64,000 bases of DNA from an uncultured Chloroflexia bacterium (lineage in GTDB: Bacteria; Chloroflexota; Anaerolineae; Anaerolineales; UBA4823). The translations under genes were made by a program, and so were the position numbers. The DNA lies in assembly GCA_963840255.1 (NCBI GenBank), contig CAWIYB010000003.1, positions 385,314-449,313 on the forward strand. The letters are read 5' to 3'. The notes under the pieces were generated by a model. It did not search any database and was not told the origin of the DNA. It saw only the letters and a list, made by a program, of their open reading frames with translations. Shown in pieces: positions 39,741 through 50,140 of this stretch; position 1 is the first letter of the stretch; each line of letters begins with the position of its first letter.

Positions 39741-40940
39741 TTACCTCAGCATCGCTTCCAATTCGGTCACTTCATCTCGCCAGCCGTATACATGCTTGAG
39801 GTTCTCTTCTAATTTTACTGCGTCCTTCTCATAACCCTTCGCCAGCTCCACCAGGTGGTTGTAATATGCCGTAAGTTTGGTAAGCTCTGGTACGACCACT
39901 TCACCTTCACCTCGCAGGCTTCTTTCTAACTGTTCCAACACCGCCAGCCATTCCTCCGCACTCATCCCGGCGGTTTTACGGAAATCGCGTATCACCCACT
40001 GCCGTTCGAAGATCGAGCGATGCTTCCAGCCCTCAGATTGTTCTTTTAGGGTCTGGTGGACCTTCTCACACAGGCTCGCAGCCTGCACGCGTTTATCAGC
40101 ATTCACCTGAATGGTGTCCTGCTCGCCTCCCGCGCTTCCATAATTAATATCAGCCGCTTTCAATGCCTGCAGGGATGATATCTCCATCCCTTTAAACCGT
40201 TCGGCAAAAACGATGCTGAGGGCGAACCCTACCCCGGCTTCCTCAACGGTAAGTAATGCATTCTTATTCAGCTCATAAAACTCCTTCACGCTCATGCCCA
40301 TTTGTGGGGCAAGCCTGACCACCGCATCACTGGCGGTTTGGGTCGGCACGAGCCCGGGACCGATAGTGTATGCGAACACGCCCGTTCCCTCCAGCTCAGC
40401 ATCCAGCGTGTTTGCCAGGTGCACCTGGGCGGCCTTGAAAGTCTCGTACCCACCCAGGAAAGCTGTCCCTGTGGATGACACGCAGGCGAAGGTCCCATGA
40501 TGGCGGCTGATCATATCCGGTAAAAATGTGCGCGCCATCAGCACTGGTCCGCGCAGGTTGACCTGGTAGCTCTGATCCCATTGATCGATGGGCACGTCCT
40601 GTACTTTTCCCAAAACCGCAATGGTGGCATTGTTGATCACTGCATCCACCTTGCCAAAACGCCGGATGGATTGGTGGTACAGCTCCTGCACACTGGTTTC
40701 ATCACCGACATCGGTACGGATGAACAGCACTCTCTGCATACCAAATTCTTTTCCGAGCGTTTCGGATACATTCAGACCATTAACATCGTTAATTTCGGCG
40801 ATGATGACGTTGGCACCCAGCCATAGAAGTGAGCGCGCGGCTTCGAATCCGATCCCACCACCTGCCCCGGTGATGATGACCGTCTCGCCCGGTAGTGCAT
40901 TTGGTTTGAGTCCAAGCTGTGAAATAATGGCAATACTCAT
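39741..40940 (-). CDS. SDR-family oxidoreductase with a ~130-aa helical C-terminal extension
   Basis: 'ITGAGGGIGFEAA', 'YETFKAA', 399 aa. Confidence 0.75.
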   Translation of the reverse strand: MSIAIISQLGLKPNALPGETVIITGAGGGIGFEAARSLLWLGANVIIAEINDVNGLNVSETLGKEFGMQRVLFIRTDVGDETSVQELYHQSIRRFGKVDAVINNATIAVLGKVQDVPIDQWDQSYQVNLRGPVLMARTFLPDMISRHHGTFACVSSTGTAFLGGYETFKAAQVHLANTLDAELEGTGVFAYTIGPGLVPTQTASDAVVRLAPQMGMSVKEFYELNKNALLTVEEAGVGFALSIVFAERFKGMEISSLQALKAADINYGSAGGEQDTIQVNADKRVQAASLCEKVHQTLKEQSEGWKHRSIFERQWVIRDFRKTAGMSAEEWLAVLEQLERSLRGEGEVVVPELTKLTAYYNHLVELAKGYEKDAVKLEENLKHVYGWRDEVTELEAMLR

Positions 40941-40968
40941 TGCGATTTGTCCCTATCCATGTTCTCCG

Positions 40969-42465
40969 TTAACCAGTTTTAAACGCCTTCTTATCCTTCT
41001 TGCACTGCTTCCAGATGACTTCCCGCCCGGTGGCGACACCACCTGGTACCCCACCTCCGGGATATACCCAATGACCGACCATCCAAAAGTTGTCCAGTAG
41101 AGGCAGCGTCTTGGGGATTTTAGCCATCGCCTGCGTGGGGGTCAGCTTCCAGCCGGTGATACTGCCTTTCCGGTTGCCGGTCATCCGCTCGAAGGTCAGC
41201 GGAGTGGCCACATTGACCATTTCCACGTCTTCTGAGATACCTGGCCATACCTGCTCGATGGCATCCTGATAGGCCCGGGCAACGTTCTCCTTCTCGATTT
41301 CGTATGCACAGCGGTCTGACTCAAGCGACTTCCAAAACTGGTGATCGGTGAAGATTGCTGAAGTCAGCACGGTTTTTCCTTCCGGAGCAAACGACGGGTC
41401 ATCATTGCGGATGCGGATGGGGATCATTTTATGTTCTTCCCCGGCGATGATCACAGGTCTGTTCAGCTCGAAGGCATTTCCTTCCACCGAGAAGGGATAA
41501 TCTGGGAAGGTTCGCTTTACGCCAGCGCTCACGTAGATCACCGACCGGAATGGTACCCAGGTATTATAGCGCTCGCGTAGCTGCTCATCGGTAAATTTTC
41601 CTTCCAGCAGCTTGAATATCGTGGTGTATCCATCCGCACCTGATACGACTACATCGGCGCGCTGCTCGCTTCCATCCATGAATCGCACACCCACCGCCCG
41701 CCCATCTTCGACCAGGATTTTTTCCACACGAGACCGGTACTGCACCCTGCCGCCAAGCTGCTTGTAGCGTTTTTCGAGGCTGAGCGCCAGTGGCAAGGAC
41801 CCACCCAGCGGGTATGCGGCCTGATTCCGATACATAAAGCCCATCTGGGAAAGCACCATGTAGAAGACGGAAAAATCCGGCTCAAACAAGTTGAGCAGGG
41901 CTTCATGCAGCAGTGGACTGTGGAAGCGCTCCGCCAGCTCCTTTACCGTGAGTTTGCTCCACTTCTGCAGATCCTTCACCAGCGGCATCATCCCAACGAT
42001 AAATTTCATCCAGGCTATTGTTCCAGCTTCATATTGCTCGATTTCTGGGGGCTTGAAGCGGATGCCAAGACGTACCCCATTGGCTAACTCATGGATCACT
42101 CCTGCATCTTCCGGAGCGAGCTCCAGCAAATGTTTTTCGAGACGGTCAGGGTCGCAGTAAAAATTTACCTTGCGCCCATCACAGGCATGGTATACAGCGT
42201 AACGGTCATGTTGTAAAAACTCCCGTCCTTCGAGCAGGCCGACTTCTTCCCAATAGCGATTCAGAAAGAATCCCGGACCAGAACCAGCCAGCCAGTGGAT
42301 GCATAGATCGACCAGGTAGCCCTGGCGTCTCCAGGCTGTGACGAGACCGCCCGGGATTTTGTGTTTTTCGACGATCCACGTCTGGTAACCGTTCATTTGT
42401 CCGTAAATGCCTGTGCATAGCCCGGCAACGCCTGCCCCAATGATCAGGATGGTTTTTTGAGTCAT
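40969..42465 (-). CDS. FAD-dependent oxidoreductase, phytoene desaturase (CrtI)-like
   Basis: N-terminal 'ILIIGAGVAGLCTG' dinucleotide fold, 498 aa. C-terminal 'GHWVYPGGGVPG' is typical of the CrtI/amine-oxidase fold. Confidence 0.8.
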   Translation of the reverse strand: MTQKTILIIGAGVAGLCTGIYGQMNGYQTWIVEKHKIPGGLVTAWRRQGYLVDLCIHWLAGSGPGFFLNRYWEEVGLLEGREFLQHDRYAVYHACDGRKVNFYCDPDRLEKHLLELAPEDAGVIHELANGVRLGIRFKPPEIEQYEAGTIAWMKFIVGMMPLVKDLQKWSKLTVKELAERFHSPLLHEALLNLFEPDFSVFYMVLSQMGFMYRNQAAYPLGGSLPLALSLEKRYKQLGGRVQYRSRVEKILVEDGRAVGVRFMDGSEQRADVVVSGADGYTTIFKLLEGKFTDEQLRERYNTWVPFRSVIYVSAGVKRTFPDYPFSVEGNAFELNRPVIIAGEEHKMIPIRIRNDDPSFAPEGKTVLTSAIFTDHQFWKSLESDRCAYEIEKENVARAYQDAIEQVWPGISEDVEMVNVATPLTFERMTGNRKGSITGWKLTPTQAMAKIPKTLPLLDNFWMVGHWVYPGGGVPGGVATGREVIWKQCKKDKKAFKTG

Positions 42466-42592
42466 GTCTCGTTCTTCTTCCTTTCCAGAAATTAATCAGG
42501 TTTTGTAGTTTTGATATTCATTGTATTACCAAATATCTCTGACTTGAGGTGGATGCAAATAATGCCTGATGAATAGATTCCAGGGAAAAATG

Positions 42593-43426
42593 CTATTCAT
42601 TTGATTGAGCCATCGGTGCTTCCAGATGCCTGATGATCAGGAGAGTAATAACAAACTCAACAGCAACGAATATGGCAAACGCCTCCGGGCTGGTGGTCAC
42701 CGGGAACAAGGCGGTGTTAAGAATGTTGAAGCTCAAATGGAATGCAACCGGAAGCAGCAGGCTGGATCGGCTATGGTTAAAGAACCAGGTGATATAGAAC
42801 GTCCCGAACAGGATAAATATGAGATTTAGCGCAAGATAGGTCCATCCAAACTGGTCGAAGGTATCCAGGAGAAGCCAAAACGGGATATGCCAGGCAGCCC
42901 ACAGGAATCCCAGGATCAGGCTGGCTTTGATGGCGCTCATACCATGCTGGAGGGATGGTAAAGCCACCCCACGCCAGCCAATTTCTTCGCCCAGGGTGGC
43001 GATTGCCAGGAAGATGATGTTCACCATCAATGCCGAGACCGAGGTCACGACTGCCGGACTGATCGGTGGTTGACCTCCCATGGTATTAAATAGCAAACCG
43101 GTTAATCCCAACAGGGCCGGTTGGACCAAGACCGCTGCCACCCACCAGACCCAGCCAACCCTCCAGATTCCCAGGCGGCCCAATAGTGCCCGGATTGCAA
43201 CCCTTCCACCTGCACGACTCGTCAATATCAAGGCACAGACAGCCGGCATTAAAACACCCAACAGGCGGACAATAATGCTGAATCCTTCAGGGATGTGCAG
43301 CGGGCCGATCCCGAAGTGGGATAGGACGAGCGGGATCCAGATCAACCAGGACAGCAGGTAAGTTAAGCCAAAGAAATGGTACGGGTTAATGGGTTGTGTT
43401 GCACGAGTAGCCGGTTTGATCGCCAT
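42593..43426 (-). CDS. CPBP-family intramembrane glutamic endopeptidase (CAAX/Abi-like)
   Basis: 'EEIGWRG', 'FLWAAWH', 'HLSFN' motifs; 277 aa polytopic. Confidence 0.8.
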   Translation of the reverse strand: MAIKPATRATQPINPYHFFGLTYLLSWLIWIPLVLSHFGIGPLHIPEGFSIIVRLLGVLMPAVCALILTSRAGGRVAIRALLGRLGIWRVGWVWWVAAVLVQPALLGLTGLLFNTMGGQPPISPAVVTSVSALMVNIIFLAIATLGEEIGWRGVALPSLQHGMSAIKASLILGFLWAAWHIPFWLLLDTFDQFGWTYLALNLIFILFGTFYITWFFNHSRSSLLLPVAFHLSFNILNTALFPVTTSPEAFAIFVAVEFVITLLIIRHLEAPMAQSNE

Positions 43427-43522
43427 TTTTTCTACTCTTAATCGAGATGGGGTGTACTTTTTTTCGTCCAGGGCTATCCTGACAACCGTAATTTCAAATG
43501 ATCGTTCCGGTAAAAGGTTTTT

Positions 43523-44749
43523 CTAAAAAAGGACCACCACGAAATTCATTGCGGCATGCAGGAACATCGCCGGATAGATACTATCGGTCTTGGCACGCGC
43601 ATACCCGTACATGACTCCCCAGATACTGGCATTGAGCACCTGGATGGCAATGAATTGGATCGGGACGCCGGCAAAGAAATTATTGGCATGCAGCAAGCCA
43701 AATGCCAGCCCGCTCAACAGGACCGTCAGGGATGTGCTGGTTTTTTCTGAGTAGAACCTGCTTAATATCTTGAGCAGCAAGAAGAAGACCAGCCCGCGCC
43801 AAAATGTTTCTTCAACGATTGGGACGATAACGATCTCAGTCACCAGCCATTGATTTCCACTGTAGGGTGTCGTGCTGTTGGTCAGCCACAGGTACGCAGC
43901 GACGACACCGCAATTGGCGATCAGCATGAACAGCAGCATGCGCCGGTGTTGCCAGGTCTTCCCAATTTGGAACCCCAATAAGCGTGGCTTCCAGATGACC
44001 AGCGGCACCAACAGGATTATCAAGTGGAGGCGTGAAACCACTCCCCACAGCGAGGCTAGCCAGGCAGAGGTTCCCACATTCGGGAACCAGCTATTACTGA
44101 ACTTGTAATATACATTATCAACCAACAAAAAGGTGGCCACGAAGGCTAGTACACCGACGAACACTAAAATCGCATAGGAGATCTGCCTGTAATTTGCAGA
44201 GGGTTTTGCTTCGATCAAAGTATTATTCATTGCAAGTCCTTTCATTAATAGGGAAGTATGGTCGTTCCGGCTTTGCTTGCGATGAGCGATAATATGGCTC
44301 CTTAACGGGTCCAGGCTTGTGCCAAATCCCTTTTGCCGCATTATGATCGAAACGCTCACTAAATCCAGCCCCAGGACGATTGCAAACATTCCAACCAGCA
44401 GCCATTGTCCAGATTGGGCAAAGTAACCAGGGCTGACGATGGTGGTGTAGGCGAGCATGCCCGCTGCAAAGGTGGCCAGGTTGTGTGCCCAGGCAGCCTG
44501 GCTCAACAAGCCAATCCCGCCCACGATCAGGCAGACGGCGGTGACGAGTTCAGCCGCCAGGTGAAACACGAGCGCGATCGGTTCGGTCTGAATCTCGGGG
44601 ACGGAGCCAGACGCCAGAAAAAAAGACCACTGGCCGAACATCAGCACCCCAACCAGAATGGAATACCAGGCAGAAAATTTTATAAATTTCCCATCGGCAG
44701 ATCGAAAGGTTTGCCGGGTACGGTCGGAATAAGACAGGGTTTGTTCCAT
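43523..44749 (-). CDS. Fusion of a 4-TM domain of unknown function to a CPBP-family protease domain
   Basis: No stop separates the two halves. The C-terminal half has 'EETFWRG', 'FGLLHANN', 'FLHAAMNF'. GGAG RBS lies 7 nt upstream of ATG 44749. Confidence 0.7.
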   Translation of the reverse strand: MEQTLSYSDRTRQTFRSADGKFIKFSAWYSILVGVLMFGQWSFFLASGSVPEIQTEPIALVFHLAAELVTAVCLIVGGIGLLSQAAWAHNLATFAAGMLAYTTIVSPGYFAQSGQWLLVGMFAIVLGLDLVSVSIIMRQKGFGTSLDPLRSHIIAHRKQSRNDHTSLLMKGLAMNNTLIEAKPSANYRQISYAILVFVGVLAFVATFLLVDNVYYKFSNSWFPNVGTSAWLASLWGVVSRLHLIILLVPLVIWKPRLLGFQIGKTWQHRRMLLFMLIANCGVVAAYLWLTNSTTPYSGNQWLVTEIVIVPIVEETFWRGLVFFLLLKILSRFYSEKTSTSLTVLLSGLAFGLLHANNFFAGVPIQFIAIQVLNASIWGVMYGYARAKTDSIYPAMFLHAAMNFVVVLF

Positions 44750-44901
44750 GAATAATCTCCGTGGGTGGGGTGATGGTTGGCAAATGGATGGTAAATATAT
44801 GATAACTTTTTTGAAAGAATAACTCCCCCACCTCAGGGGGAGTTTATAACTGGTCAAGTGGATAGGTTTACCTGTTTACTTTTACATAATAGATATAAGA
44901 C

Positions 44902-44931
44902 AAAAAATCCGAGCGGACAAGGTCCGCCCGG
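44902..44931 (-). terminator. Rho-independent terminator downstream of the lipoprotein gene
   Basis: Minus strand: CCGGGCGGAC-ctt-GTCCGCTCGG followed by ATTTTTTG. Confidence 0.6.
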
Positions 44932-44952
44932 ATCCATCTATTCTCAGTTGAT

Positions 44953-45831
44953 TTACTTAACTTCGATCGAGCTCATCATCGCATCGAGCTGGGTCAGGTC
45001 AGGGGTGAAACTATTTCCGGCCGCAGTATTGAGGCTATTGATCACGTTCGCCAGGTAAACTGGGTAATCACTGCTGAATTCCAACGGTATATTGTCCGTG
45101 GCATTTTCGTCCGCCGGTAAGCTGGGATGGTTGACCGGCAGCACTGCAGCCACATAGTATTTCCCATCGCTGGTCAGCCCCTGGTAGGTGTAGATCAGTC
45201 TGGAGTTGGTGATGGGTACGATGGCTTGAGCGAACTCAGTCAGGTAGCGCAGACCCTGGCCGTTTTTAAAGTCGAGGTATTGTACCTGGGTGTGCATCAC
45301 CTGCTGTTCGTTCCCCAGTGGCAGGTAGGGCATATTCGGGATCTCCTGCGGCGACTGGAGCAAGGTTTGCAGCGATGCGATCACCTTAGCCGCACCTTCA
45401 TTGACCTGCCCAAGCTCCTGTACGGGGTAAATGAAGATCTGGGGTTGTATACTGGAGTTATTTACAGGGAAACCCGGCAGGGTGACCAGGGTATACTCGG
45501 GCAGCACCTCCCAATAAGGGGCATCCGAGCTAGCAGCTACGGCTGCGACCGTCCCGGTCTGGATGCTTTTGGCGAGGCTGCCGGTGTCCATGGAAAGTTG
45601 GGGCGAAACCGCCACAGTAGGTACTGCCGTTGCCTCAGGCATTGTCGTCGCAGTTGCTGCCGGTGCCATCGTTGCTGTAGGTTCCAAGGTTGCAAGCGGA
45701 GCAGATGTTGACGTGGGGTTGGGCAACGTGGTTGTAGATATGGCAGGTGTACACGCCGATAGCATGAGCGCACCCGCCACGAGGGCGGTTAGCATATGCG
45801 TCATAGGTCTGGATTGCGTATTAGCGAACAT
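44953..45831 (-). CDS. Secreted lipoprotein of unknown function (intact paralog of 37374-38661)
   Basis: Lipobox 'LMLSAC', Thr/Pro/Ala linker. AAGGAG RBS lies 6 nt upstream of ATG 45831. Confidence 0.6.
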   Translation of the reverse strand: MFANTQSRPMTHMLTALVAGALMLSACTPAISTTTLPNPTSTSAPLATLEPTATMAPAATATTMPEATAVPTVAVSPQLSMDTGSLAKSIQTGTVAAVAASSDAPYWEVLPEYTLVTLPGFPVNNSSIQPQIFIYPVQELGQVNEGAAKVIASLQTLLQSPQEIPNMPYLPLGNEQQVMHTQVQYLDFKNGQGLRYLTEFAQAIVPITNSRLIYTYQGLTSDGKYYVAAVLPVNHPSLPADENATDNIPLEFSSDYPVYLANVINSLNTAAGNSFTPDLTQLDAMMSSIEVK

Positions 45832-46237
45832 TTTATTCTCCTTTCTTCGGTGTACCGAAGTTGATTTCAGTTTAACAAAATCATTGAGCAATGTACCTTA
45901 CCGAAAGAAGAGTCTTCGCCTGTCCAGGTGGATAGTTTATAGCGCTCCAAATGAGATGTGTATATTACAAGGGAGGAGTTTTTCAGCAATACCCATATCA
46001 TTCGAAGAGCGCAAAATCTCCAACCAGTGATATTCCCTGCTGGGTTTTACCAATCATATTAATTGAGTTTATCCTTCTCGCAGGAATTCCTGCTGTTCAG
46101 CCCGGATATTTGGTAACGCGACAGGCCGAGACCATCTGATAAATGTGGCTTTGCAGATCCCACTAAACATTGAGCTTCACAAGCAGTATTGAATTGGTTC
46201 CAACGGCAATAGCGAGCTGGTCGGAATTCGGATCCAA

Positions 46238-46834
46238 TTATTTATTTTCTGCTTTCAGATCCTTAACAATCGCATTGACAATCTCCCTGGCCAGGTAATC
46301 GAAATAACCCGGACTTGAGATGATGCCCCGGGATGTGTCGGAAAATGTGTACTGACCACTCTGGTACAGGCTTGCCAGATCTCCGGTGTGTTTAAATTCG
46401 ACCGGCTCTCTCAGGCGGAACGAGATATCTCCATCCGATGCATACGCTACACTCACGTTCAGGGCGGCGCGGGCAACAATTGGGGACCAAAAGATATCTT
46501 TCTTTACAATTTCTACCCATAGGATTGGATTTTCAGTTGTGTTCTCTATATCGATGAGGGATTCGATTTCTCCAAATTAAGGATCTCTCTGCAATTGAAG
46601 GGTTAATTCTTTTCGTAAAGCAGGCGCCAATCTATTCTCTCCAGTAACTTATAAACCTGTTTTTACAGGCTGGATTGGTTGTAAGGATTCTGTCCTTCCA
46701 GTCGATGAAACCATACTGGAATTATCAACCAGCTTGCTTGACATAGCCCTAAAATTTACAAAGCTAAATGCAGCCGCGGTTAGACATATCACTAATGCGA
46801 TGCCTGACCAAATGATCCAATGTTTGGATTTCAT
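46238..46834 (-). pseudogene. Signal-anchored protein ORF interrupted by two in-frame TAA codons
   Basis: ORF 46649-46834 (TM anchor), 23 codons, then ORF ending at 46238 are all in one frame. The stops are at 46649-51 and 46577-79. Confidence 0.5.
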
Positions 46835-46891
46835 TTCTACGCCGTTATAAAAAACATGTCTCGTTATCCGAGGCGGTAGGCTTGGAACTGC

Positions 46892-47884
46892 CTATAGTTG
46901 GGCTTTTAACCAAGCAATAATGACCCCAACTGCATCCGTGTCAAGCATCACATCATCAGAGCCATAGCTTGCCATAACCTCGGCAGGGGTGAGCTGTGAG
47001 CGGGGTCTGGGCTCGAATTTCAATACATGATTGGCAGTTTCTGCATAGGATACGGAGATATTGCCGTGATCCGCCACCACCGCCTCGAACAGGGGACCGT
47101 CCGTCTCCCAGTCAACCTGGGTATCTTTCTTGCCAATCATAATCAAAACCGGGATGGTGACTTTGGCTAAGTTTGCGACTGGATTGTATACCCACAATTC
47201 CCGTGAGAAGGGCTGGTTGACCGGTTGTGTAATTGCCAGGATCACCTGGCGTAATCCCTCAGGCAGATTTTCATTCACTGGCACCGGACGCTCCGCGATG
47301 AATTCCTTCATCGCTTCATCGTATGCGGAGAGCATCGCATCCCCTCCAGGTACTGCCCCCAGCTGTGCTGCGATCTGGTCGTGAGCCAATTCGCCTGTGG
47401 CTCGAGCAAACGCGGAGGTCAAAATCATTCCGGCTAAAGGTGAATTTTCTCTTTGCGTCTGGTAATTGAGCGCATGAACGCAGCCTTCGCTGTTGGTCAG
47501 GACAAATATTTTTTCTTTATCTACATCCTGGTTTCTGATCAGAAAGCTTACTCCACCTGCCAGCTCAGCGGTATGACCTTGCATGCTGATTTTGCCCGCC
47601 ATGAGTTTTACATTTTCATTAACATGAGGGCCTGACGCCCGCTTATCATAGCGCAGGGTGATAAAACCTTGTTGGGTCAACGCCTTGGCGAGTAAGGCGC
47701 CGCTGCCATTGGTCCCCGGGATCAAGGGGGTGTTCCAGTTGCGGTCGGTCGGACCACTACCGGCGACAAAGATCACTGCCGGAAACGGTCCTGCACCAGC
47801 TGGGCGGGTCAGGGATGCGTCGACATTAATTTCATCCACTTTCCAGGTTACGGATAATTCGTTCATATTATTATTAGCAGGCAT
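46892..47884 (-). CDS. Alpha/beta-fold hydrolase
   Basis: 330 aa. 'PAVIFVAGSGPTDRN', a nucleophile-elbow-like 'LTNSEGC', and C-terminal 'ANHVL'. Confidence 0.7.
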   Translation of the reverse strand: MPANNNMNELSVTWKVDEINVDASLTRPAGAGPFPAVIFVAGSGPTDRNWNTPLIPGTNGSGALLAKALTQQGFITLRYDKRASGPHVNENVKLMAGKISMQGHTAELAGGVSFLIRNQDVDKEKIFVLTNSEGCVHALNYQTQRENSPLAGMILTSAFARATGELAHDQIAAQLGAVPGGDAMLSAYDEAMKEFIAERPVPVNENLPEGLRQVILAITQPVNQPFSRELWVYNPVANLAKVTIPVLIMIGKKDTQVDWETDGPLFEAVVADHGNISVSYAETANHVLKFEPRPRSQLTPAEVMASYGSDDVMLDTDAVGVIIAWLKAQL

Positions 47885-47963
47885 CTTATCCTCATTTCTT
47901 CAATCGGGTGGTGTGTAAATTAAATCACAACATTTCGTGGAACAGTGTTGATTACGTTCACAT

Positions 47964-48779
47964 CTACGGCCCTCTTTGGCGAATATAATCGCTCACCTCC
48001 ACATTAAAATCAACCTCTTCAAGGGTAAACACTGCCCAGGGTTTTCCCTGGTCAAGCCATATAGCCGACCCGGTATCACTCAGCTTTGTACCAGGAATGT
48101 TCTTCCCGGGGATATTTTTGGTAATCCACAGGATTTTCTTTGCCTGTGCACCGGCATCGCGATAACGCATGGCTTCCATGGTGTCTAATAAACCGGTCTG
48201 AGGGTCGAAGCGCACGACAAAATTTTCTTCACCGTTTCCAAAGGGAATGTACAGGAGGGCTGTCTTCTCATCCACGGCTTCCCAGCGCACACGTCTGTCC
48301 GTCAGCCACACCGAAGGGAACCAGGAAGCTTCTGCCCAGAGTCCCAACACTGCCCCTTGGGTTATTCTGGGGTCGTTATCGTACGTCGCCACAGGAAGCT
48401 CAAAATGACTGTTTCCATCCACGTAACTCTCATTAATTTTCATGAGCGCTATCCCAAACCAGGTGGCCTCAATGTAATGACGGTAATCCATTCCCGTATT
48501 GTGCACGAAGATAAAACGCGCTGGCATCTTGAATCCCATCGGGCTCAGGAAGGCACGTCCCTTGATGACCACCGTTTTAATCACCGGCACCTCATCGCCA
48601 TATACCGTCCGGTAAAAACGCTCTACCGGTGCGGGCAGCCCCGATGGCAACGGGATGGTTTCCAGCTGCTGCGATTGCTGCGGGAAGGCTGCGAAGGACC
48701 TGGGTTTGACCTTTAATCCCAACCAAAGCACGATACTGATTCCGGCAACGATCGCGGCAATAATCAGGACTGTTTTCAT
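47964..48779 (-). CDS. Hypothetical N-terminally anchored protein
   Basis: Single N-terminal TM helix followed by a ~240-aa soluble domain. No motif I can name with confidence. Confidence 0.5.
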   Translation of the reverse strand: MKTVLIIAAIVAGISIVLWLGLKVKPRSFAAFPQQSQQLETIPLPSGLPAPVERFYRTVYGDEVPVIKTVVIKGRAFLSPMGFKMPARFIFVHNTGMDYRHYIEATWFGIALMKINESYVDGNSHFELPVATYDNDPRITQGAVLGLWAEASWFPSVWLTDRRVRWEAVDEKTALLYIPFGNGEENFVVRFDPQTGLLDTMEAMRYRDAGAQAKKILWITKNIPGKNIPGTKLSDTGSAIWLDQGKPWAVFTLEEVDFNVEVSDYIRQRGP

Positions 48780-48808
48780 AAAATCTCCACTGTACCAATC
48801 CCATCACA

Positions 48809-49291
48809 TCAGAGGGATTGCGAAAGCGCGGTTAACAACAAGACCAGGATGCCAGCGAACATCATCAATTTCGAGTATAGGGAGAACGAGGCAAGAGCCT
48901 GTGAAGTGTCAGGGTTTGACCTCACCTCAGCCCCCACGCGTTTGATGCCATTGAACCAGAACCCGATCCCCAGCATACCCACGATGATGATATGTTTTAC
49001 CAGCATGAATATACTCCACGAGTTGCCAAAATTTCCTAAACCGAGATAGTTGGGATCGGTAAGCATCAGGTAGATGCCTGTGATTAAGAAAATCAATAAC
49101 GCGGCATACAACCACCCCCGGCTGCGCATGGAGATTTCACTGAGAATGGTCCCACTCACCGGGTTAGCCTGGTTGTTCTTAAAGACCGGCAGACAGATCA
49201 AGGTGAGTATCAGGTAGTAACCGATCAAGACGGCAGTCCCCAGGGAGTGAAGCCAATACGAGAGCGGGATTAAGATTTGTGACGTGGTCAT
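48809..49291 (-). CDS. Small 4-TM membrane protein (CopD-like topology)
   Basis: 160 aa with four hydrophobic helices. Confidence 0.45.
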   Translation of the reverse strand: MTTSQILIPLSYWLHSLGTAVLIGYYLILTLICLPVFKNNQANPVSGTILSEISMRSRGWLYAALLIFLITGIYLMLTDPNYLGLGNFGNSWSIFMLVKHIIIVGMLGIGFWFNGIKRVGAEVRSNPDTSQALASFSLYSKLMMFAGILVLLLTALSQSL

Positions 49292-49330
49292 ACTCCTTTG
49301 CTTTTAGGCGGTGTGTTCCTGCCGTTAATT

Positions 49331-50140
49331 CTAATATGCCACGTTTAGGAACATGGCAATTGTAGCCATATTCATCAGTATATGTACCACCACGAAATAC
49401 GGCAGCAGCCTGGGTCGCCAATGGAACGCAATACCAATCAGTATGGCGAAGGGAAAGAACATCAACGCCCGCCAGGCGATGAAGCGACCATCGAATAGAA
49501 ACGGCATGGCAATGTGCTGCAGCCCAAGCATCAGAGCGGGGATGGAAATTGCCAGCCACTTTTTCATGCCTTGCAGCTCAAATCGCGGCATGACGTAACC
49601 AAAATAGGTGGGAACTTCGGTTAATCCCTGTGCAATGGGAAAGGCGATCAGGGCGATATAGGCTGCCCAGTGCGGTAGCGGCCGGATGAATAAGTCTGCC
49701 GTGGCTGCTGAGTCACCAAACAATGCTTGTCCCAGCCATACATTCGGCAGATAGGTCATAGGAGCGGTAAGGATGGTCAGTCCCAGCAAGGCGAGTAGAT
49801 CACCCAGGATATGTTTACGATCGATGCGGAATATATCCCAATAATTTTTTCCATCCGCCCGAAAGACGTTCAAAAGAAGGACAAAGCACATCCCATCGGC
49901 AATGGTTACCGTCAGCGGCCACCAATTTGCGCTCTTTTCCCATGCCTGGGTGGATCCGGCGATGAAAAATATGATGGCAAACACTGCCTGGACCAGGAAA
50001 AAGAGTGAGATGCGAGAGAAAAGCATCAACCAGGGTGCCTTTTTCGAGAGTGCCGTTGCAGCCAACTCTGGCATGGATACTGCTGTCTGTGATTTCTCGC
50101 GGGTTGCAATTGCCGGTTGTATCCTCTTCATTGCGTCCAT
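49331..50140 (-). CDS. Polytopic membrane protein, divergent CPBP/Rce1-like
   Basis: 'GLTEVPTYFGY' (single Glu in place of EExxxR), 'LGLQHIAMP', 'VVHILMN' (HxxxN). Confidence 0.5.
   Translation of the reverse strand: MDAMKRIQPAIATREKSQTAVSMPELAATALSKKAPWLMLFSRISLFFLVQAVFAIIFFIAGSTQAWEKSANWWPLTVTIADGMCFVLLLNVFRADGKNYWDIFRIDRKHILGDLLALLGLTILTAPMTYLPNVWLGQALFGDSAATADLFIRPLPHWAAYIALIAFPIAQGLTEVPTYFGYVMPRFELQGMKKWLAISIPALMLGLQHIAMPFLFDGRFIAWRALMFFPFAILIGIAFHWRPRLLPYFVVVHILMNMATIAMFLNVAY

Noticed and set aside
43523-44857. Treating 43523-44857 as two separate genes, or using the ORF-track start at 44857.
   Set aside because: No stop codon separates the halves. ATG 44749 has a GGAG RBS, whereas the upstream 36 codons are hydrophilic with no RBS and run into the terminator region.
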